Made by a program: the position numbers and the translations under genes
Notes under the pieces: generated by a model
What the model was told of the DNA's origin: nothing
The model's input: the letters and a program-made list of their open reading frames with translations, nothing else
Databases searched by the model: none
In this document: positions 1 to 10,926 of the stretch, one piece after another
Numbering within the stretch: the first letter of the stretch is position 1
Layout of the letters: every line of letters starts with the position of its first letter
Origin: an uncultured Clostridia bacterium
GTDB lineage: Bacteria > Bacillota > Clostridia > Monoglobales > Monoglobaceae
DNA: 64,000 nt
Assembly (NCBI GenBank): GCA_910580105.1
Contig: CAJTWN010000008.1
Span: forward strand, 8,610-72,609
Direction of reading: 5' to 3'

Positions 1-570
1 TGCAATGGCCGGCATCAACATTTGATCAGTAATGACTTGCAGATCTTCTGCTGATAATTTTTTATCAAAATACGATACGAGTGATATTGGTTTTCCAACC
101 CTAACCGTCATTTTGGTAAATGGTTTATAAGTGCCGCGGATTCCTACCGGAAGAATATCAACTCCAGTTTTCACAGCAATCAGGGCCGCCCCCTGTTTGC
201 CGCGGCGCAAGCTGTCTTTATGAGAACGCCCACCTTCCGGGAATATGGCAATCACTTCGCCATCCTTGACCATTTTCATTGCCGCACGCAAAGCGCCGAC
301 ATCGCTCTTTCCGCGCTTAATCGGAAAAGCCCCAAGCGCACGAATAAGACCGCCAAAAAACTTATTTTTAAATAGTTCTTCTTTTGCCATATAGCGTATT
401 TCAAAAGGCATACAAAGCCCCAAAAGCGGCGGATCCAAATTACTTTTATGATTTGCACAAACAATAAAATTGCGATCATTGGGAATATTTTCTGTCCCCT
501 CCACACGCACCCGATAGATCACCCGATAATATAAACTGACAATTGCCCGTCCAACTTTATACAGATTCAT
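1..570 (-). CDS. plsC: 1-acyl-sn-glycerol-3-phosphate acyltransferase (3' end lies outside the window)
   Basis: My own translation of the minus strand from ATG at 570 (MNLYKVGRAIV...) stays open to position 1. It contains acyltransferase motifs CANHKSNLDP (HX4D) and IFPEGGRS. ATGA overlap with the cmk stop. Not in the ORF track because it is truncated by the window edge. Confidence 0.85.
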   Translation of the reverse strand, partial: MNLYKVGRAIVSLYYRVIYRVRVEGTENIPNDRNFIVCANHKSNLDPPLLGLCMPFEIRYMAKEELFKNKFFGGLIRALGAFPIKRGKSDVGALRAAMKMVKDGEVIAIFPEGGRSHKDSLRRGKQGAALIAVKTGVDILPVGIRGTYKPFTKMTVRVGKPISLVSYFDKKLSAEDLQVITDQMLMPAIA

Positions 571-1268
571 ATTCTCTTCACCTCAATCAACGCAAGTACT
601 TTTTGGGTGGTTTCATCCAAAGTCAATTCCGTGCTGTCCAGCAGAATACTGTCTTCAGCCGCCTTCAGTGGGGCAAACTCCCGGCTTGCATCGTTCTGAT
701 CCCGGTACTCCATATCCTGTTTGACTTCCGCAAAAGTCGTTTCAATCCCTTTTTCTTCAAGTTCATCTAAACGCCGCTTTGCGCGTGCATCCACAGATGC
801 AGTCAGAAAAATCTTTATATCCGCATCTGGAAGAACATATGTTCCAATATCCCGGCCATCCATAATAACATTATCTTTTTGGGCAAGCATGCGCTGCAAT
901 TCCACCAACTTCAACCGCACCTCTGGAATGACAGCCACATTTGATGCCGCCACAGAAACTTCCGGTTTACGGATTTCCTCCGACACATTCTCTCCATTTA
1001 AATCAATTTGCTGCCCTTCCTCTGTGTGACGAATAGCAATTTTAATATCATCAAGCAGCGGGATCACCTGCTCTGCATTCTTTGTCTCTACGCCCGCACG
1101 CAAAGCAAAAAGCCCAATGGCCCGATACATGGCGCCAGTATCAATATAGACAAATCCCAGCTTACCTGCAGCCGCTTTCGCAATCGTACTCTTTCCAGCA
1201 CCCGCCGGGCCATCAATGGCAACTTTAAATGTTTTCATCTGTTCCATTCTCTTTTTCTCCTTCAACAT
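567..1268 (-). CDS. cmk: cytidylate kinase
   Basis: P-loop AIDGPAGAGKST and overall Cmk-like sequence. The real start is probably the internal MKTFKVAIDG at 1238. Confidence 0.95.
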   Translation of the reverse strand: MLKEKKRMEQMKTFKVAIDGPAGAGKSTIAKAAAGKLGFVYIDTGAMYRAIGLFALRAGVETKNAEQVIPLLDDIKIAIRHTEEGQQIDLNGENVSEEIRKPEVSVAASNVAVIPEVRLKLVELQRMLAQKDNVIMDGRDIGTYVLPDADIKIFLTASVDARAKRRLDELEEKGIETTFAEVKQDMEYRDQNDASREFAPLKAAEDSILLDSTELTLDETTQKVLALIEVKRI

Positions 1269-2001
1269 CGTTTAAAAACTCCAACAGTTCTTCAACTGTA
1301 ATCGCTGTATTTAAAAATTCTATTCCATAAGAATGTGTAAGCCGCAAAGGTACCCCAATCTGTGCACAGGCTTCAGCTATGCCGCCGACAGGGAAACTGC
1401 CGTCACATATCACCAGCTGTGCATCAATTTTTTGAATTGCGCTCTTTACCGTCTCAGTATCATCAATTCCGTCCAGCTCCACAACGTTCCTAAGCGGTAT
1501 ACCAAAGAGTAAAGCCGTCTCTACATCAAAACCTGCCCCTCGCAGCACTGGCACATATAAAGCCGAAGGATCCGGCAATCTTTTGACAAATGCCCTGACA
1601 CTTCCTGCTTTCGCATAAAACAAAATATTGCCAAGGGTGTGATTTATTTCTTCTGCCAACGCATCATAAGAACGGCAAATTTTGAAATCACCGATATTTT
1701 TGTTATATGCCATCGGCAAACACTTTACATAAGAAATTTTATTCCGCCTGCAAAAGGACATGACAAGGAGCGAGTCCTTTACATAGGACTCGCTCATAAT
1801 GTCAATTATACCATTTATCCTGTTTTCTGCCGCCGCTGTTTCCAATGACTTTTCAGAAACCGGCCCGATAATTGCACCTCCGGCACCGTAAGCCCCTGCC
1901 TCCTTCAGATTGGGATACCAACTGACGAATGGGATTTCTCTTGCCATCAGATGCGAAAAAACGGGCCGCGGGGAATGTCCGCCGCAAAAAAGCAAAAACA
2001 T
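1225..2001 (-). CDS. conserved hypothetical cytoplasmic protein
   Basis: 258-aa ORF translationally coupled to both neighbours. I do not recognise a family with confidence. Confidence 0.5.
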   Translation of the reverse strand: MFLLFCGGHSPRPVFSHLMAREIPFVSWYPNLKEAGAYGAGGAIIGPVSEKSLETAAAENRINGIIDIMSESYVKDSLLVMSFCRRNKISYVKCLPMAYNKNIGDFKICRSYDALAEEINHTLGNILFYAKAGSVRAFVKRLPDPSALYVPVLRGAGFDVETALLFGIPLRNVVELDGIDDTETVKSAIQKIDAQLVICDGSFPVGGIAEACAQIGVPLRLTHSYGIEFLNTAITVEELLEFLNDVEGEKENGTDENI

Positions 2002-2489
2002 TATTCTTCCGCCCCACTATTTTTTTCTTCTGTTTCAGTTTTAATTTCAACATCAACGATCGTCGTATCAGCATCCGCAGCATCAGCGTCTGTCTTTACT
2101 TCTGCAACTACCACATCGGGTTCTACCTTAACCGCCATTTCTGCACCGCAAAACGGACAATAATTCAACTCAGCATCACATATTCTTCCACAGGTCGGGC
2201 ACTTTGCTTCATTCTTCACATCTTCAAGCTTTGCAGTAAGTGCCTCAATTTTCGCATATTTCGCTTCAATCAAATCACAGAGTTCCTGCAAGGTTTCCTC
2301 TTCCTGTACCCCATTTTTTTGATTTTTATAATAGGTTTCTCCAATCTGGGAAAATAACTTTTTGATATCCGTCTTTAAATCAAATATCGCATATTTGATT
2401 TTAGAAGATTCAATCAACTCACCCGTCTTCTTTGCCACAGTCTGTGCAGTGTCCGCTACAACATTTTTCATATTTTCCATAAAATCCAT
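2001..2489 (-). CDS. zinc-ribbon domain protein with coiled-coil N-terminus and acidic tail
   Basis: CPTCG...CPFCG double-Cys pair. Helical, charged N-terminal half. Confidence 0.6.
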   Translation of the reverse strand: MDFMENMKNVVADTAQTVAKKTGELIESSKIKYAIFDLKTDIKKLFSQIGETYYKNQKNGVQEEETLQELCDLIEAKYAKIEALTAKLEDVKNEAKCPTCGRICDAELNYCPFCGAEMAVKVEPDVVVAEVKTDADAADADTTIVDVEIKTETEEKNSGAEE

Positions 2490-2586
2490 ACAATTACCTC
2501 CAATCGGTTTATATTTTATGGTTTACAATTTCATATCTGATAACAGCAATTCCTTATATAGAAGCATATACCAAATTCCATCATCT

Positions 2587-3678
2587 CTATACATTAAACC
2601 GGAACAGAACAATATCTCCGTCTTTGACCACATATTCTTTTCCCTCAGAACGCACCAAGCCCTTTTCCTTGGCCGCCTGCATACTGCCGCATTCCATCAA
2701 ATCATCATAGGCAACCACCTCGGCACGGATAAATCCACGTTCAAAGTCCGTATGAATTTTCCCGGCAGCCTGCGGTGCTTTTGTGCCCTGCTCAATCGTC
2801 CAGGCACGAACCTCAGGTTTACCGGCAGTCAGATAACTGATCAATCCGAGCAAACGATAGCTTGCCTTAATTAATTTATCCAAGCCAGATTCCGAGGCGC
2901 CGAGTTCCTCCAGAAACATCTCTTTTTCATCTTTAGCCAGACTTGCTATTTCTTCCTCAATTTTAGCCGAAATAACCATTACTTCAGATTTTTCTGTCTC
3001 TGCAAAATCACGAATTGTCTTAATAAATTCGTTTTCACCGGCTGCATAATCATCTTCTGCCACATTTGCGGCATAAATAACCGGCTTTAAAGTGAGCAAT
3101 GATACATCAGACAGCATCTCTTTTTCGTCCTCGGTCATTTCCATAGCCCGGGCAGACTTTCCACTCTCCAAAAAAGCATGCAGACGTTCATAGAATTCCA
3201 GATGAGCCTGATATTTCTTGTCTCCGCCCTTTAATGCTTTCTTGGTTTTGTCAATTCTCCTGTCCAAAATTTCCATATCGGACAGAATCAGTTCCAGATT
3301 GATGGTTTCTATGTCCCGCAAAGGATCAATAGAACCCTCAACATGGACAATATTGGTATCTTCAAAGGCACGGACAACATGGACAATTGCGTCCACCTCC
3401 CGGATATTGGACAGAAACTTATTGCCAAGGCCTTCTCCCTTGCTTGCTCCTTTAACCAATCCGGCAATATCTACAAACTCAATCACCGCATAAGTAATTT
3501 TATCCGGATCATACATTTTTGCCAGTTCGTCAATTCTGTGATCCGGCACCAAAACCGTTCCCACATTGGGCTCAATGGTACAAAATGGATAATTTGCAGA
3601 TTCTGCCCCTGCTTGCGTTATTGCATTAAACAATGTACTCTTTCCTACATTCGGAAGTCCTACGATTCCAAGTTTCAT
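2587..3678 (-). CDS. ychF: redox-regulated ATPase YchF (Obg-family GTPase)
   Basis: [17 protein letters not shown]1 motif. 363 aa with a typical YchF C-terminus ([11 protein letters not shown]). Confidence 0.95.
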   Translation of the reverse strand: MKLGIVGLPNVGKSTLFNAITQAGAESANYPFCTIEPNVGTVLVPDHRIDELAKMYDPDKITYAVIEFVDIAGLVKGASKGEGLGNKFLSNIREVDAIVHVVRAFEDTNIVHVEGSIDPLRDIETINLELILSDMEILDRRIDKTKKALKGGDKKYQAHLEFYERLHAFLESGKSARAMEMTEDEKEMLSDVSLLTLKPVIYAANVAEDDYAAGENEFIKTIRDFAETEKSEVMVISAKIEEEIASLAKDEKEMFLEELGASESGLDKLIKASYRLLGLISYLTAGKPEVRAWTIEQGTKAPQAAGKIHTDFERGFIRAEVVAYDDLMECGSMQAAKEKGLVRSEGKEYVVKDGDIVLFRFNV

Positions 3679-3709
3679 TTTTTCTTATGCTCCTTTAATT
3701 TAAGTAAAA

Positions 3710-5068
3710 TCAATCGTTTAGTTTTTCTTCCATCAACTGTGCTAGTTCTTCGGCACAATTTTTGATACATACTTCGTCTTTTCCTTCAATCATTACGCGA
3801 ACAAGCGGTTCTGTACCTGACGGCCGGATCAGAACCCGGCCCGCATTGGTAAATTGAGCCTCAATTTCTTCTATTTTCTTTTTGATTTCGGGAACAGCCA
3901 TATAGCTTTCTTCATTTTTATATTCATTTTTTACTTTCGCATTGACAAGCACCTGCGGATAAACCTGCATAACTGCTGCCAGATCAGAGAGCTTTCTGCC
4001 GCTCCTTTTCATGACATCCAAAAGCTGCAGTCCTGTTACCAGACCGTCTCCGGTGGTATTATGTTCAAGCAGAATAACATGACCGGACTGTTCTCCGCCA
4101 ATCCGATGCCCATGTTTCAACATTTCCTCAAGAACATAACGATCTCCCACCTTTGTGCGTTTGATTTTAAGATGATTTTCTTCACCCATCACAAAAAATC
4201 CAAGATTACTCATCACTGTTGCAACAACAGTATTATCCTCTAAAAGTCCGCGTTCACGCATATCCAGCGCACAGACTGCCATAATTTTATCGCCGTCAAC
4301 AAACGCGCCGGTTTCATCCACTGCAAGCACACGATCTGCATCACCATCAAAAGCCAGACCAACATCTGCCCCCGTCTCTTTAACATATGCCATAAGCCCC
4401 TCAATGTGCGTAGAACCACAATCCGCATTGATATTTATCCCATTCGGCCGGTTGTGGATGGTCAGCACCTCGGCCCCAAGTTCTTTCAAAGCATACTCGG
4501 CAGTCACACTGGAGGCACCATTGGCGCAATCTATAGCTACCTTCAGGCCACGCAAGCTACCGCTGATGGTCTGCTTTGCAAAATCAATATACTTTCTTAC
4601 CAATGTATCATCATGGGAGATATGCCCAATCTTTTCATGGGTCGGCGCAACAATTTCTTCTGCTTTATCCAAAATAATGCGTTCTATCCGGTCCTCTATT
4701 TCATCCCGGAGTTTATATCCCTCACCACTGAAAAACTTAATTCCATTATGCTCAAAAGAATTATGAGAAGCGGAAATCATCACCCCCGCGTCAAATCCTT
4801 CGCTCCGCACCAAATATGCAATCGCCGGTGTGGGAATCACCCCTGCAATAACAGCTTCGGCACCCACACTGCAAATACCTGCAACCAATGCTGCCTCCAA
4901 AATATCACCAGAAATACGGGTATCTTTTCCAACAACGATCCGGGGTTTTCTTCCGCTGTCCCCAGTAAGTACATATGCCCCCGCTCTACCAATATGAAAT
5001 GCCAGTTCCGGTGTCAATTCTTCATTCGCTATTCCTCTGACACCATCTGTTCCAAACAATCTACCCAC
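3710..5068 (-). CDS. glmM: phosphoglucosamine mutase
   Basis: GTDGVRG N-terminus, active-site SASHN motif, 452 aa. GTG start with a GGAGGAG RBS. Confidence 0.95.
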   Translation of the reverse strand: MGRLFGTDGVRGIANEELTPELAFHIGRAGAYVLTGDSGRKPRIVVGKDTRISGDILEAALVAGICSVGAEAVIAGVIPTPAIAYLVRSEGFDAGVMISASHNSFEHNGIKFFSGEGYKLRDEIEDRIERIILDKAEEIVAPTHEKIGHISHDDTLVRKYIDFAKQTISGSLRGLKVAIDCANGASSVTAEYALKELGAEVLTIHNRPNGININADCGSTHIEGLMAYVKETGADVGLAFDGDADRVLAVDETGAFVDGDKIMAVCALDMRERGLLEDNTVVATVMSNLGFFVMGEENHLKIKRTKVGDRYVLEEMLKHGHRIGGEQSGHVILLEHNTTGDGLVTGLQLLDVMKRSGRKLSDLAAVMQVYPQVLVNAKVKNEYKNEESYMAVPEIKKKIEEIEAQFTNAGRVLIRPSGTEPLVRVMIEGKDEVCIKNCAEELAQLMEEKLND

Positions 5069-5112
5069 TGCTATCTCCTCCGGTATATATAAATAGAATC
5101 TTATTATACAAC

Positions 5113-5227
5113 TTATTTCTGCACCTTTTCAGTGCAGAAATAATGACTTTCCTTAAATTTTCACTACATCCAAACAATGTATTTTCCCTAATAATAAAAT
5201 TATACGTTAAAAGTATCTTTTTGTCAA
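5113..5227 (-). promoter_or_regulatory. glmM promoter (TTGACA-17-TATAAT) followed by a 12-bp perfect-stem leader hairpin
   Basis: On the minus strand, TTGACA is at 5227..5222 and TATAAT at 5204..5199 with a 17-nt spacer. The hairpin TTATTTCTGCAC/GTGCAGAAATAA occupies 5143..5113 and has no U-tract after it. Confidence 0.5.
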
Positions 5228-5233
5228 CCAAAT

Positions 5234-6790
5234 CTACCGGTCCAAAACAGCCAGCGCTGTCCGGATTCCGTCTAATGATGCACTCATAATACCCCCGGCA
5301 TATCCAGCCCCCTCACCAGCTGGATAAAGCCCGGCAAGACCAACACTTTGAAGGTTTTTATCCCGCGTGATACAAAGGGGCGCCGAGGTCCGCATCTCCA
5401 CACCGGTAAGAATCCCATCTCCAAGAGCAAAACCTTTCATTTTCCGCTCAAAATTCATCAGACCATCCCGCAGCGCCGCTGTAATAAAGGACGGCAAACA
5501 GTTCTTCAGTTCTGCAAACTTTACCTTCCCGGTAAATGAAGGACTGACCGATCCAAACGCAGCCGATGGCTGGTCTTTTAAGAAATCCCGTGCCAGTTGG
5601 ACCGGCGCTGCATAGTCCTCCCCGCCAAGCACAAAGGCCAAATGTTCATATTTACGCTGAAATTCTATTCCTCCCAATGGGGTATTTCCATAATCCTCCG
5701 GACGCACATTTACAACCAAAGCTGAATTTGAATTCTCCGCCATTCGGGCATGTTCACTCATTCCATTGATCACCAGCCGTCCTTCTTCAGAAGAAGCATT
5801 TACGATTGTTCCGCCGGGACACATACAAAAAGAATAACAGCTCCGCTCCTTTCCGTTGTAAACCAGCCGATAATTTGCCGTCGGCAGCCCCAAATTCTCC
5901 TGCCCATATTGCATTGCATCCACATAGGTTCTTTTATGTTCAATCCGAACACCGGCTGCAAACGCTTTGGGCTGCAAAAAAACATTTCGCTCCGCCAGCA
6001 TTTGATAGGTATCTCTGCTGCTATGTCCAATTGCCAAAATGAGCGCTGAACAGGGAACAGATTCACTGTCATTCAGCACGATTCCACTAATTTTTTTATC
6101 GGTGATCTGCAAATCTGTCAATTCAGTCTGAAACCGTATTTCCACACCCATTTCAATTAATGCCTGCCGCATATTCTTTATTACATTTTTCAACAGGTCT
6201 GTTCCAATATGAGGATTAGCCCGGTATAAAATATCCCGCGGCGCCCCAAACTTAACAAAGGTATGAAGGATAAACCGTTGTCTCGGATCACTGATACGAG
6301 TATTTAATTTGCCATCCGAAAAAGTTCCCGCACCACCTTCACCAAACTGAACATTTGAATTGGGTTTCAATATCCCATTTTTCCAGAACCGTTCTACATC
6401 TTCGGTTCTCTTATCCACATTTTCTCCCCGTTCCACCAAAAGCGGCGGATTTCCGGATTGTGCCAAAACATATGCTGCAAACAGTCCGCAAGGCCCCATT
6501 CCCACCACAACTGGCCGGTGACGAAGGTCTCTTTGTGGAATTTCCAGCGACTGGATTTCTTGAAACGTTTGGATTTTTTCATCATCCGGCTGGGTTCCGT
6601 CCGGACATTCCGCAAGAACTGAATAAATGAAATGAATATTATGTTTTCTCCTGGCATCAATAGACTGTTTATAGATACAAAAATTTTTTGCAGAAACAGA
6701 AGCAGACCGCACAATTTCTTGTGCGGCCGCAATTACCTGTTGTTCTGTATGCCCAACCGGCATTTTTATATTTTGAATGATAATTTTCAT
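5234..6790 (-). CDS. FAD-dependent protein (COG2509-like NAD(FAD)-utilising dehydrogenase)
   Basis: Dinucleotide-binding VVVGMGPCGLFAA. FGEGGAGTFSDGKL motif typical of this uncharacterised family. 518 aa. Confidence 0.8.
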   Translation of the reverse strand: MKIIIQNIKMPVGHTEQQVIAAAQEIVRSASVSAKNFCIYKQSIDARRKHNIHFIYSVLAECPDGTQPDDEKIQTFQEIQSLEIPQRDLRHRPVVVGMGPCGLFAAYVLAQSGNPPLLVERGENVDKRTEDVERFWKNGILKPNSNVQFGEGGAGTFSDGKLNTRISDPRQRFILHTFVKFGAPRDILYRANPHIGTDLLKNVIKNMRQALIEMGVEIRFQTELTDLQITDKKISGIVLNDSESVPCSALILAIGHSSRDTYQMLAERNVFLQPKAFAAGVRIEHKRTYVDAMQYGQENLGLPTANYRLVYNGKERSCYSFCMCPGGTIVNASSEEGRLVINGMSEHARMAENSNSALVVNVRPEDYGNTPLGGIEFQRKYEHLAFVLGGEDYAAPVQLARDFLKDQPSAAFGSVSPSFTGKVKFAELKNCLPSFITAALRDGLMNFERKMKGFALGDGILTGVEMRTSAPLCITRDKNLQSVGLAGLYPAGEGAGYAGGIMSASLDGIRTALAVLDR

Positions 6791-6845
6791 TCTATCCCAT
6801 CTTTCATTTTCTCAATCTCTTATACCTTCCACGCTATGTCAAATT

Positions 6846-7787
6846 TTATTTTAACGAAACCTCAACCTCTGAAACATCATCAATTACCTTTACATTTTCC
6901 GGCAGAAGCAATTTTGCCTTCACTTTTTTACTCTCCAAAAGTTTTTCTGCCGCAATCGGTTCCGTCTGTACCGATATAATTTTGGTATAATCCAATTGAT
7001 CGCTATAAATATAGATTTTTTCCGGCTCAATTGCATATTCCGTTGTCCCCAACAGCTCAGGGTAATTAAACTGTGCCTCAACATAAACTTCTTTTATTTT
7101 CAAAACCGGACACGTAATACGCACCATTTCTGTACTTTTATCTACCACATTGGAAATCGCATCCCTGCTGAGAATTTCTTTGCCTTCAACATCATAAAAT
7201 TTAATCGGCACCGTGGTATCAAAGTCCACATCCTGATCCGAAAGTTCTAAAACCGCTTTTGCCTTAGCAATTTTTTCAAGGACGGATTTCGGACCGCTGA
7301 TTTTTACATTCTTTGGCTCAACCACAAGGTCGCCTGCAATATAATCGGTGGCCAGCTTTCCGGTCCGTTCTACCTCTACAGGAAGTTCCTTTTCTTCATA
7401 AACATCCGTCTTAATATCAACGGTATACGGTTCCTGGGTGGAAATACCAATATTTTCAAATGGAACAACCACTTCCACCGGCAGACTGTTATTCCCGGTA
7501 GAAGTAATACCCGAAACATCTACCCGGGCAATTACACTGTCCATATTATAATTCCCCATCCGTTTTCTGCTGCCCTTGACCTTTACAGTTACAGACGTTG
7601 CTGACTCGCTGACAATGGCAAAACCATTATTATGAAGGATTTCTTCTCCAACAAACTGAATTGGGATATCCCGAACAGTCGCCTCCGTCACCGGATCATT
7701 CACTACTATGATAAATAGCCACATGGCAATGGCAATCAGCAGGGAAATGAATTTCAAAAAATTATCATTGTTGATCAACTTTTTCAT
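6846..7787 (-). CDS. cdaR: CdaA regulatory protein CdaR (YbbR-domain protein)
   Basis: N-terminal TM helix followed by repeated beta-rich YbbR-like modules. ATGA-coupled to cdaA. Confidence 0.85.
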   Translation of the reverse strand: MKKLINNDNFLKFISLLIAIAMWLFIIVVNDPVTEATVRDIPIQFVGEEILHNNGFAIVSESATSVTVKVKGSRKRMGNYNMDSVIARVDVSGITSTGNNSLPVEVVVPFENIGISTQEPYTVDIKTDVYEEKELPVEVERTGKLATDYIAGDLVVEPKNVKISGPKSVLEKIAKAKAVLELSDQDVDFDTTVPIKFYDVEGKEILSRDAISNVVDKSTEMVRITCPVLKIKEVYVEAQFNYPELLGTTEYAIEPEKIYIYSDQLDYTKIISVQTEPIAAEKLLESKKVKAKLLLPENVKVIDDVSEVEVSLK

Positions 7788-8644
7788 TCATCTTCCCCCT
7801 TTTTTCCAAAACCACTAAATGGGAATTTTTTCTTCACATCATTTTGTTCCTCATCGTGCAGAAGCTCACTTAATCGACCGCGCAACGATTCCTCCCCATA
7901 TCCCGTCTGTAAAACACCGCCATATGCCACTGAAATATTTCCTGTTTCTTCAGAAACAATAACAACAACAGCATCTGATTCCTCAGAAATCCCAAGACCT
8001 GCACGATGTCTTGTACCTAGCTCCTGACGGATATTGGGATTTTCAGACAGAGGAAGTACACAGCTGGCAAATTCAATTTTATCATCCCGAACCACTACCG
8101 CACCATCATGAAGCGGCGTATTCGGCACAAATATATTTTCTAAAAGCTCACTGCTGGTCGTTGCATGCAACGTAATCCCGGAACTTATCAGTTCATCAAT
8201 TTTATCATGTTTTTCGATAACAATCAAAGCGCCGGTTCTGGTATTCGCCATCGCCTGCGCACCACGGGCAACCTCATGGATAACCGTTTCTGTCTTTTTC
8301 CAAAAGGTTCCGTCCCGGTCAAACCAGCGGCTCATTGACGTACGCCCCACACGCTCCAGTGCTCTTCTGAGTTCCGGCTGAAATACAATCAAAATTGCCA
8401 AAAGTCCAACCTGTAAAACATTGCTCAAAATATAATTCAGCGTATTCAGTTTGGCAAATCCACTGACCGCAGTAAGTACAACCAAAAGAAGTACCCCTTT
8501 GAGCAATTGTGCTGTGCGGGTATCACGAATAAACTTCAGTGCCTTATACACCAAAAAAGAAACAATGAGAATATCAATCACATCGGTAATTCTAATTAAT
8601 GTAAGCTGATTCATCACTGCATGAAAAAAATTTGACAACCACAT
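7784..8644 (-). CDS. cdaA: diadenylate cyclase CdaA
   Basis: Three N-terminal TM helices plus a DAC domain (PLHDGAVVV, GTRHRAGLGISEESDAVVVIVSEETG). I prefer the ATG at 8644 (GGAGGTG RBS) over the track start at 8665. Confidence 0.93.
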   Translation of the reverse strand: MWLSNFFHAVMNQLTLIRITDVIDILIVSFLVYKALKFIRDTRTAQLLKGVLLLVVLTAVSGFAKLNTLNYILSNVLQVGLLAILIVFQPELRRALERVGRTSMSRWFDRDGTFWKKTETVIHEVARGAQAMANTRTGALIVIEKHDKIDELISSGITLHATTSSELLENIFVPNTPLHDGAVVVRDDKIEFASCVLPLSENPNIRQELGTRHRAGLGISEESDAVVVIVSEETGNISVAYGGVLQTGYGEESLRGRLSELLHDEEQNDVKKKFPFSGFGKKGEDE

Positions 8645-8670
8645 CAATCCAATCACCTCCGTCAAAAATT

Positions 8671-10116
8671 CTAATACGCTTTACCCCAATAAACCATTTT
8701 ATCTGCTTTTTTGCCGCAGCAAACACAGACATCTGAAATCTTCTCCTGCGTAAAGGGCATACACCGGGAAGTTGCACCCGTATCTTCCTTTATCTTTAAT
8801 TCACAGGCTTCGTCGCCGCACCACATAGCTTTGACAAAACCACCTTTTTCTTCCACAATTTTACAGAAGGTCTCATAATCAGCCGCAGAACTGGTCTTTT
8901 CCTCGCGGTTCTGAAGCGCCGCATCATACATCTGCTGTTGAATCTGTTCAAGTAAGGCCTGCAACGCTTCCTCCAATTGATCCAAAGAAACAAATTTTTT
9001 ACTCCGGTCAATCCGGCTAACCAAAACCGCCTGATTTTTTTCAATGTCCTTTGGCCCAATTTCAATCCGAATGGGAACACCGCGCATTTCATATTCACTA
9101 TATTTCCAACCGGGCGATTTATCGCTGTCATCCAACTTGACACGGAACCCTTTCGCAAGCCGGTCCCGCAGTTCAGCTGCCTTTTCCAAAACACCTTCCT
9201 TATGCTGTGCAACCGGAACAATCACTGCCTGTATCGGCGCAATCCGCGGCGGCAGTTTGAGTCCTGCATCATCGCCATGAACCATAATAATAGCGCCAAT
9301 GATACGGGTGGACATTCCCCATGAAGTTTGGTGTACATAGGCCAATTCATTATTTTCATTCAAATATTGGATACCAAAGGCTTTTGCAAAACCATCACCA
9401 AAGTTATGGCTTGTACCTGACTGCAGCGCCTTTCCATCATGCATCAAACTCTCGATGGTGTATGTTTCCTTTGCTCCGGCAAATTTTTCTTTCTCTGTTT
9501 TTTGCCCTTTAATTACCGGAATTGCAAGTATCTCTTCACAAAAATCAGCATAGACATTCAACATCTGCCGTGTACGCTCCTGCGCTTCTTCCGCTGTTGC
9601 ATGTGCAGTGTGCCCTTCCTGCCACAAAAATTCCATACTTCTCAAAAACGGACGGGTTGTCTTTTCCCAGCGGACAACGCTGCACCATTGGTTATATAAC
9701 TTTGGAAGATCACGATAAGAACGAATATCCCCTGCATAATGTTCACAGAACAAAGTTTCGGATGTTGGCCGCACGCAAAGCCTTTCCTGGAGCTTTTCTG
9801 TGCCACCATGCGTTACCCATGCAACCTCAGGCGCAAAACCTTCAACATGATCTTTTTCCTTTTGCAGCAAGCTCTCCGGAATAAACATCGGCATATAAAC
9901 ATTTTCCACTCCAGTAGCCTTAAACCGCGCATCCAGTTCCTTCTGAATATTTTCCCAAATCGCATAACCATAAGGCTGAATCACCATACAGCCACGCACC
10001 CCTGAATAATCACAAAGTTTTGCTTTTTTTATAATATCTGTATACCATCTGGCGAAATCCTCGTCCATTGGCGTTATTTCTTCGACCAGTTTCTTATTAT
10101 TTTCTGCCAAACCCAT
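8671..10116 (-). CDS. proS: proline--tRNA ligase (archaeal/eukaryote-like short form)
   Basis: 481-aa class II aaRS with a C-terminal Zn-binding-like tail ending YWGKAY, typical of type-3 ProRS. Confidence 0.95.
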   Translation of the reverse strand: MGLAENNKKLVEEITPMDEDFARWYTDIIKKAKLCDYSGVRGCMVIQPYGYAIWENIQKELDARFKATGVENVYMPMFIPESLLQKEKDHVEGFAPEVAWVTHGGTEKLQERLCVRPTSETLFCEHYAGDIRSYRDLPKLYNQWCSVVRWEKTTRPFLRSMEFLWQEGHTAHATAEEAQERTRQMLNVYADFCEEILAIPVIKGQKTEKEKFAGAKETYTIESLMHDGKALQSGTSHNFGDGFAKAFGIQYLNENNELAYVHQTSWGMSTRIIGAIIMVHGDDAGLKLPPRIAPIQAVIVPVAQHKEGVLEKAAELRDRLAKGFRVKLDDSDKSPGWKYSEYEMRGVPIRIEIGPKDIEKNQAVLVSRIDRSKKFVSLDQLEEALQALLEQIQQQMYDAALQNREEKTSSAADYETFCKIVEEKGGFVKAMWCGDEACELKIKEDTGATSRCMPFTQEKISDVCVCCGKKADKMVYWGKAY

Positions 10117-10255
10117 TCATCCTCTCAACAATGTATTGAATTCTGTCTTTTTATCCCAACAGGGAAAAATAACTATTATTTTATAGTATAAATGAATTCG
10201 CAGTTCATGTCAAGGTTTCCCGAATTTTTTATCGTCAAATTTTCAAAGGCAGGCC

Positions 10256-10807
10256 TTGCAATTTACATATCAATATGCTATAGTAAACTACAGAAAATTC
10301 ATCAACAGAAAGTGGGTAATTGCATTGTTTTTGCATTCATTCGGAACCTTCGGATATTTTGTTTATACCTCTTACATTATTGTCATCTACCTGGCCAACT
10401 CACTCAGTCTGTACTCCATCGCCGTTGGGAATAATGTTCCAAATCCCTGGCTGGCCTTTATTCCTTTCGTTCAGTTTTATGTTATTGGCGTCATAACCGA
10501 GGAATACTATATTTATAAATTCAGGATTCCAAAGCTTTCCGTATTGATGAGCGTTATCATGTTGGCACAAGCCATGGCAGGGTATCTTCCGGGATTTCTT
10601 TTCTTTCCGATACCCATTCTTTTAAATATTCTTGTCGCTTTGATTCTGCACAAATTTTTCTATTTATTCGAGCCGCGGCGTGCAGTATTATATGCCTTTT
10701 TGTGCATTCTCGGAAATGTACCGATGACCATTATCTTATTCCTGATGCGGAACAAACAGATGATTATGTCGGCCGGTGCCTATCGTTACCCTTTTCAAAT
10801 GCGATGA
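10256..10807 (+). CDS. small polytopic membrane protein, function unknown
   Basis: Four or so hydrophobic helices. There is no in-frame ATG near the 5' end, so a TTG start is implied. Followed by a strong terminator. Confidence 0.5.
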   Translation: MQFTYQYAIVNYRKFINRKWVIALFLHSFGTFGYFVYTSYIIVIYLANSLSLYSIAVGNNVPNPWLAFIPFVQFYVIGVITEEYYIYKFRIPKLSVLMSVIMLAQAMAGYLPGFLFFPIPILLNILVALILHKFFYLFEPRRAVLYAFLCILGNVPMTIILFLMRNKQMIMSAGAYRYPFQMR

Positions 10808-10837
10808 ACCAAAATTTTTTATACGATAAGTTTATAG

Positions 10838-10869
10838 CGCCTTTCACATGTGAAAGGCGTTATTTTTTT
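10838..10869 (+). terminator. rho-independent terminator
   Basis: CGCCTTTCACA/TGTGAAAGGCG perfect palindrome followed by TTATTTTTTT. Confidence 0.75.
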
Positions 10870-10926
10870 GAATACATCGCACACCTTTCCTTCAATCTCA
10901 TATCATGTTATTACAGAGGTGTTTTT

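Noticed and set aside
276-506. 76-aa minus-strand ORF from the track.
   Set aside because: It lies inside plsC in a different frame. The plsC frame carries the HX4D and FPEGG acyltransferase motifs.
10117-10255. T-box leader upstream of proS, and likewise upstream of valS at 29281..29372.
   Set aside because: The untranslated regions are only about 90-140 nt. They lack the conserved T-box sequence and a terminator/antiterminator pair. valS has a simple TTGCTT-17-TATAAT promoter close to its RBS.
10702-10926. 75-codon N-terminal extension of the dpaA ORF, overlapping the preceding membrane-protein gene.
   Set aside because: It reads straight through a strong intrinsic terminator (10838..10869). 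The conserved DpaA N-terminus starts at the ATG at 10927.
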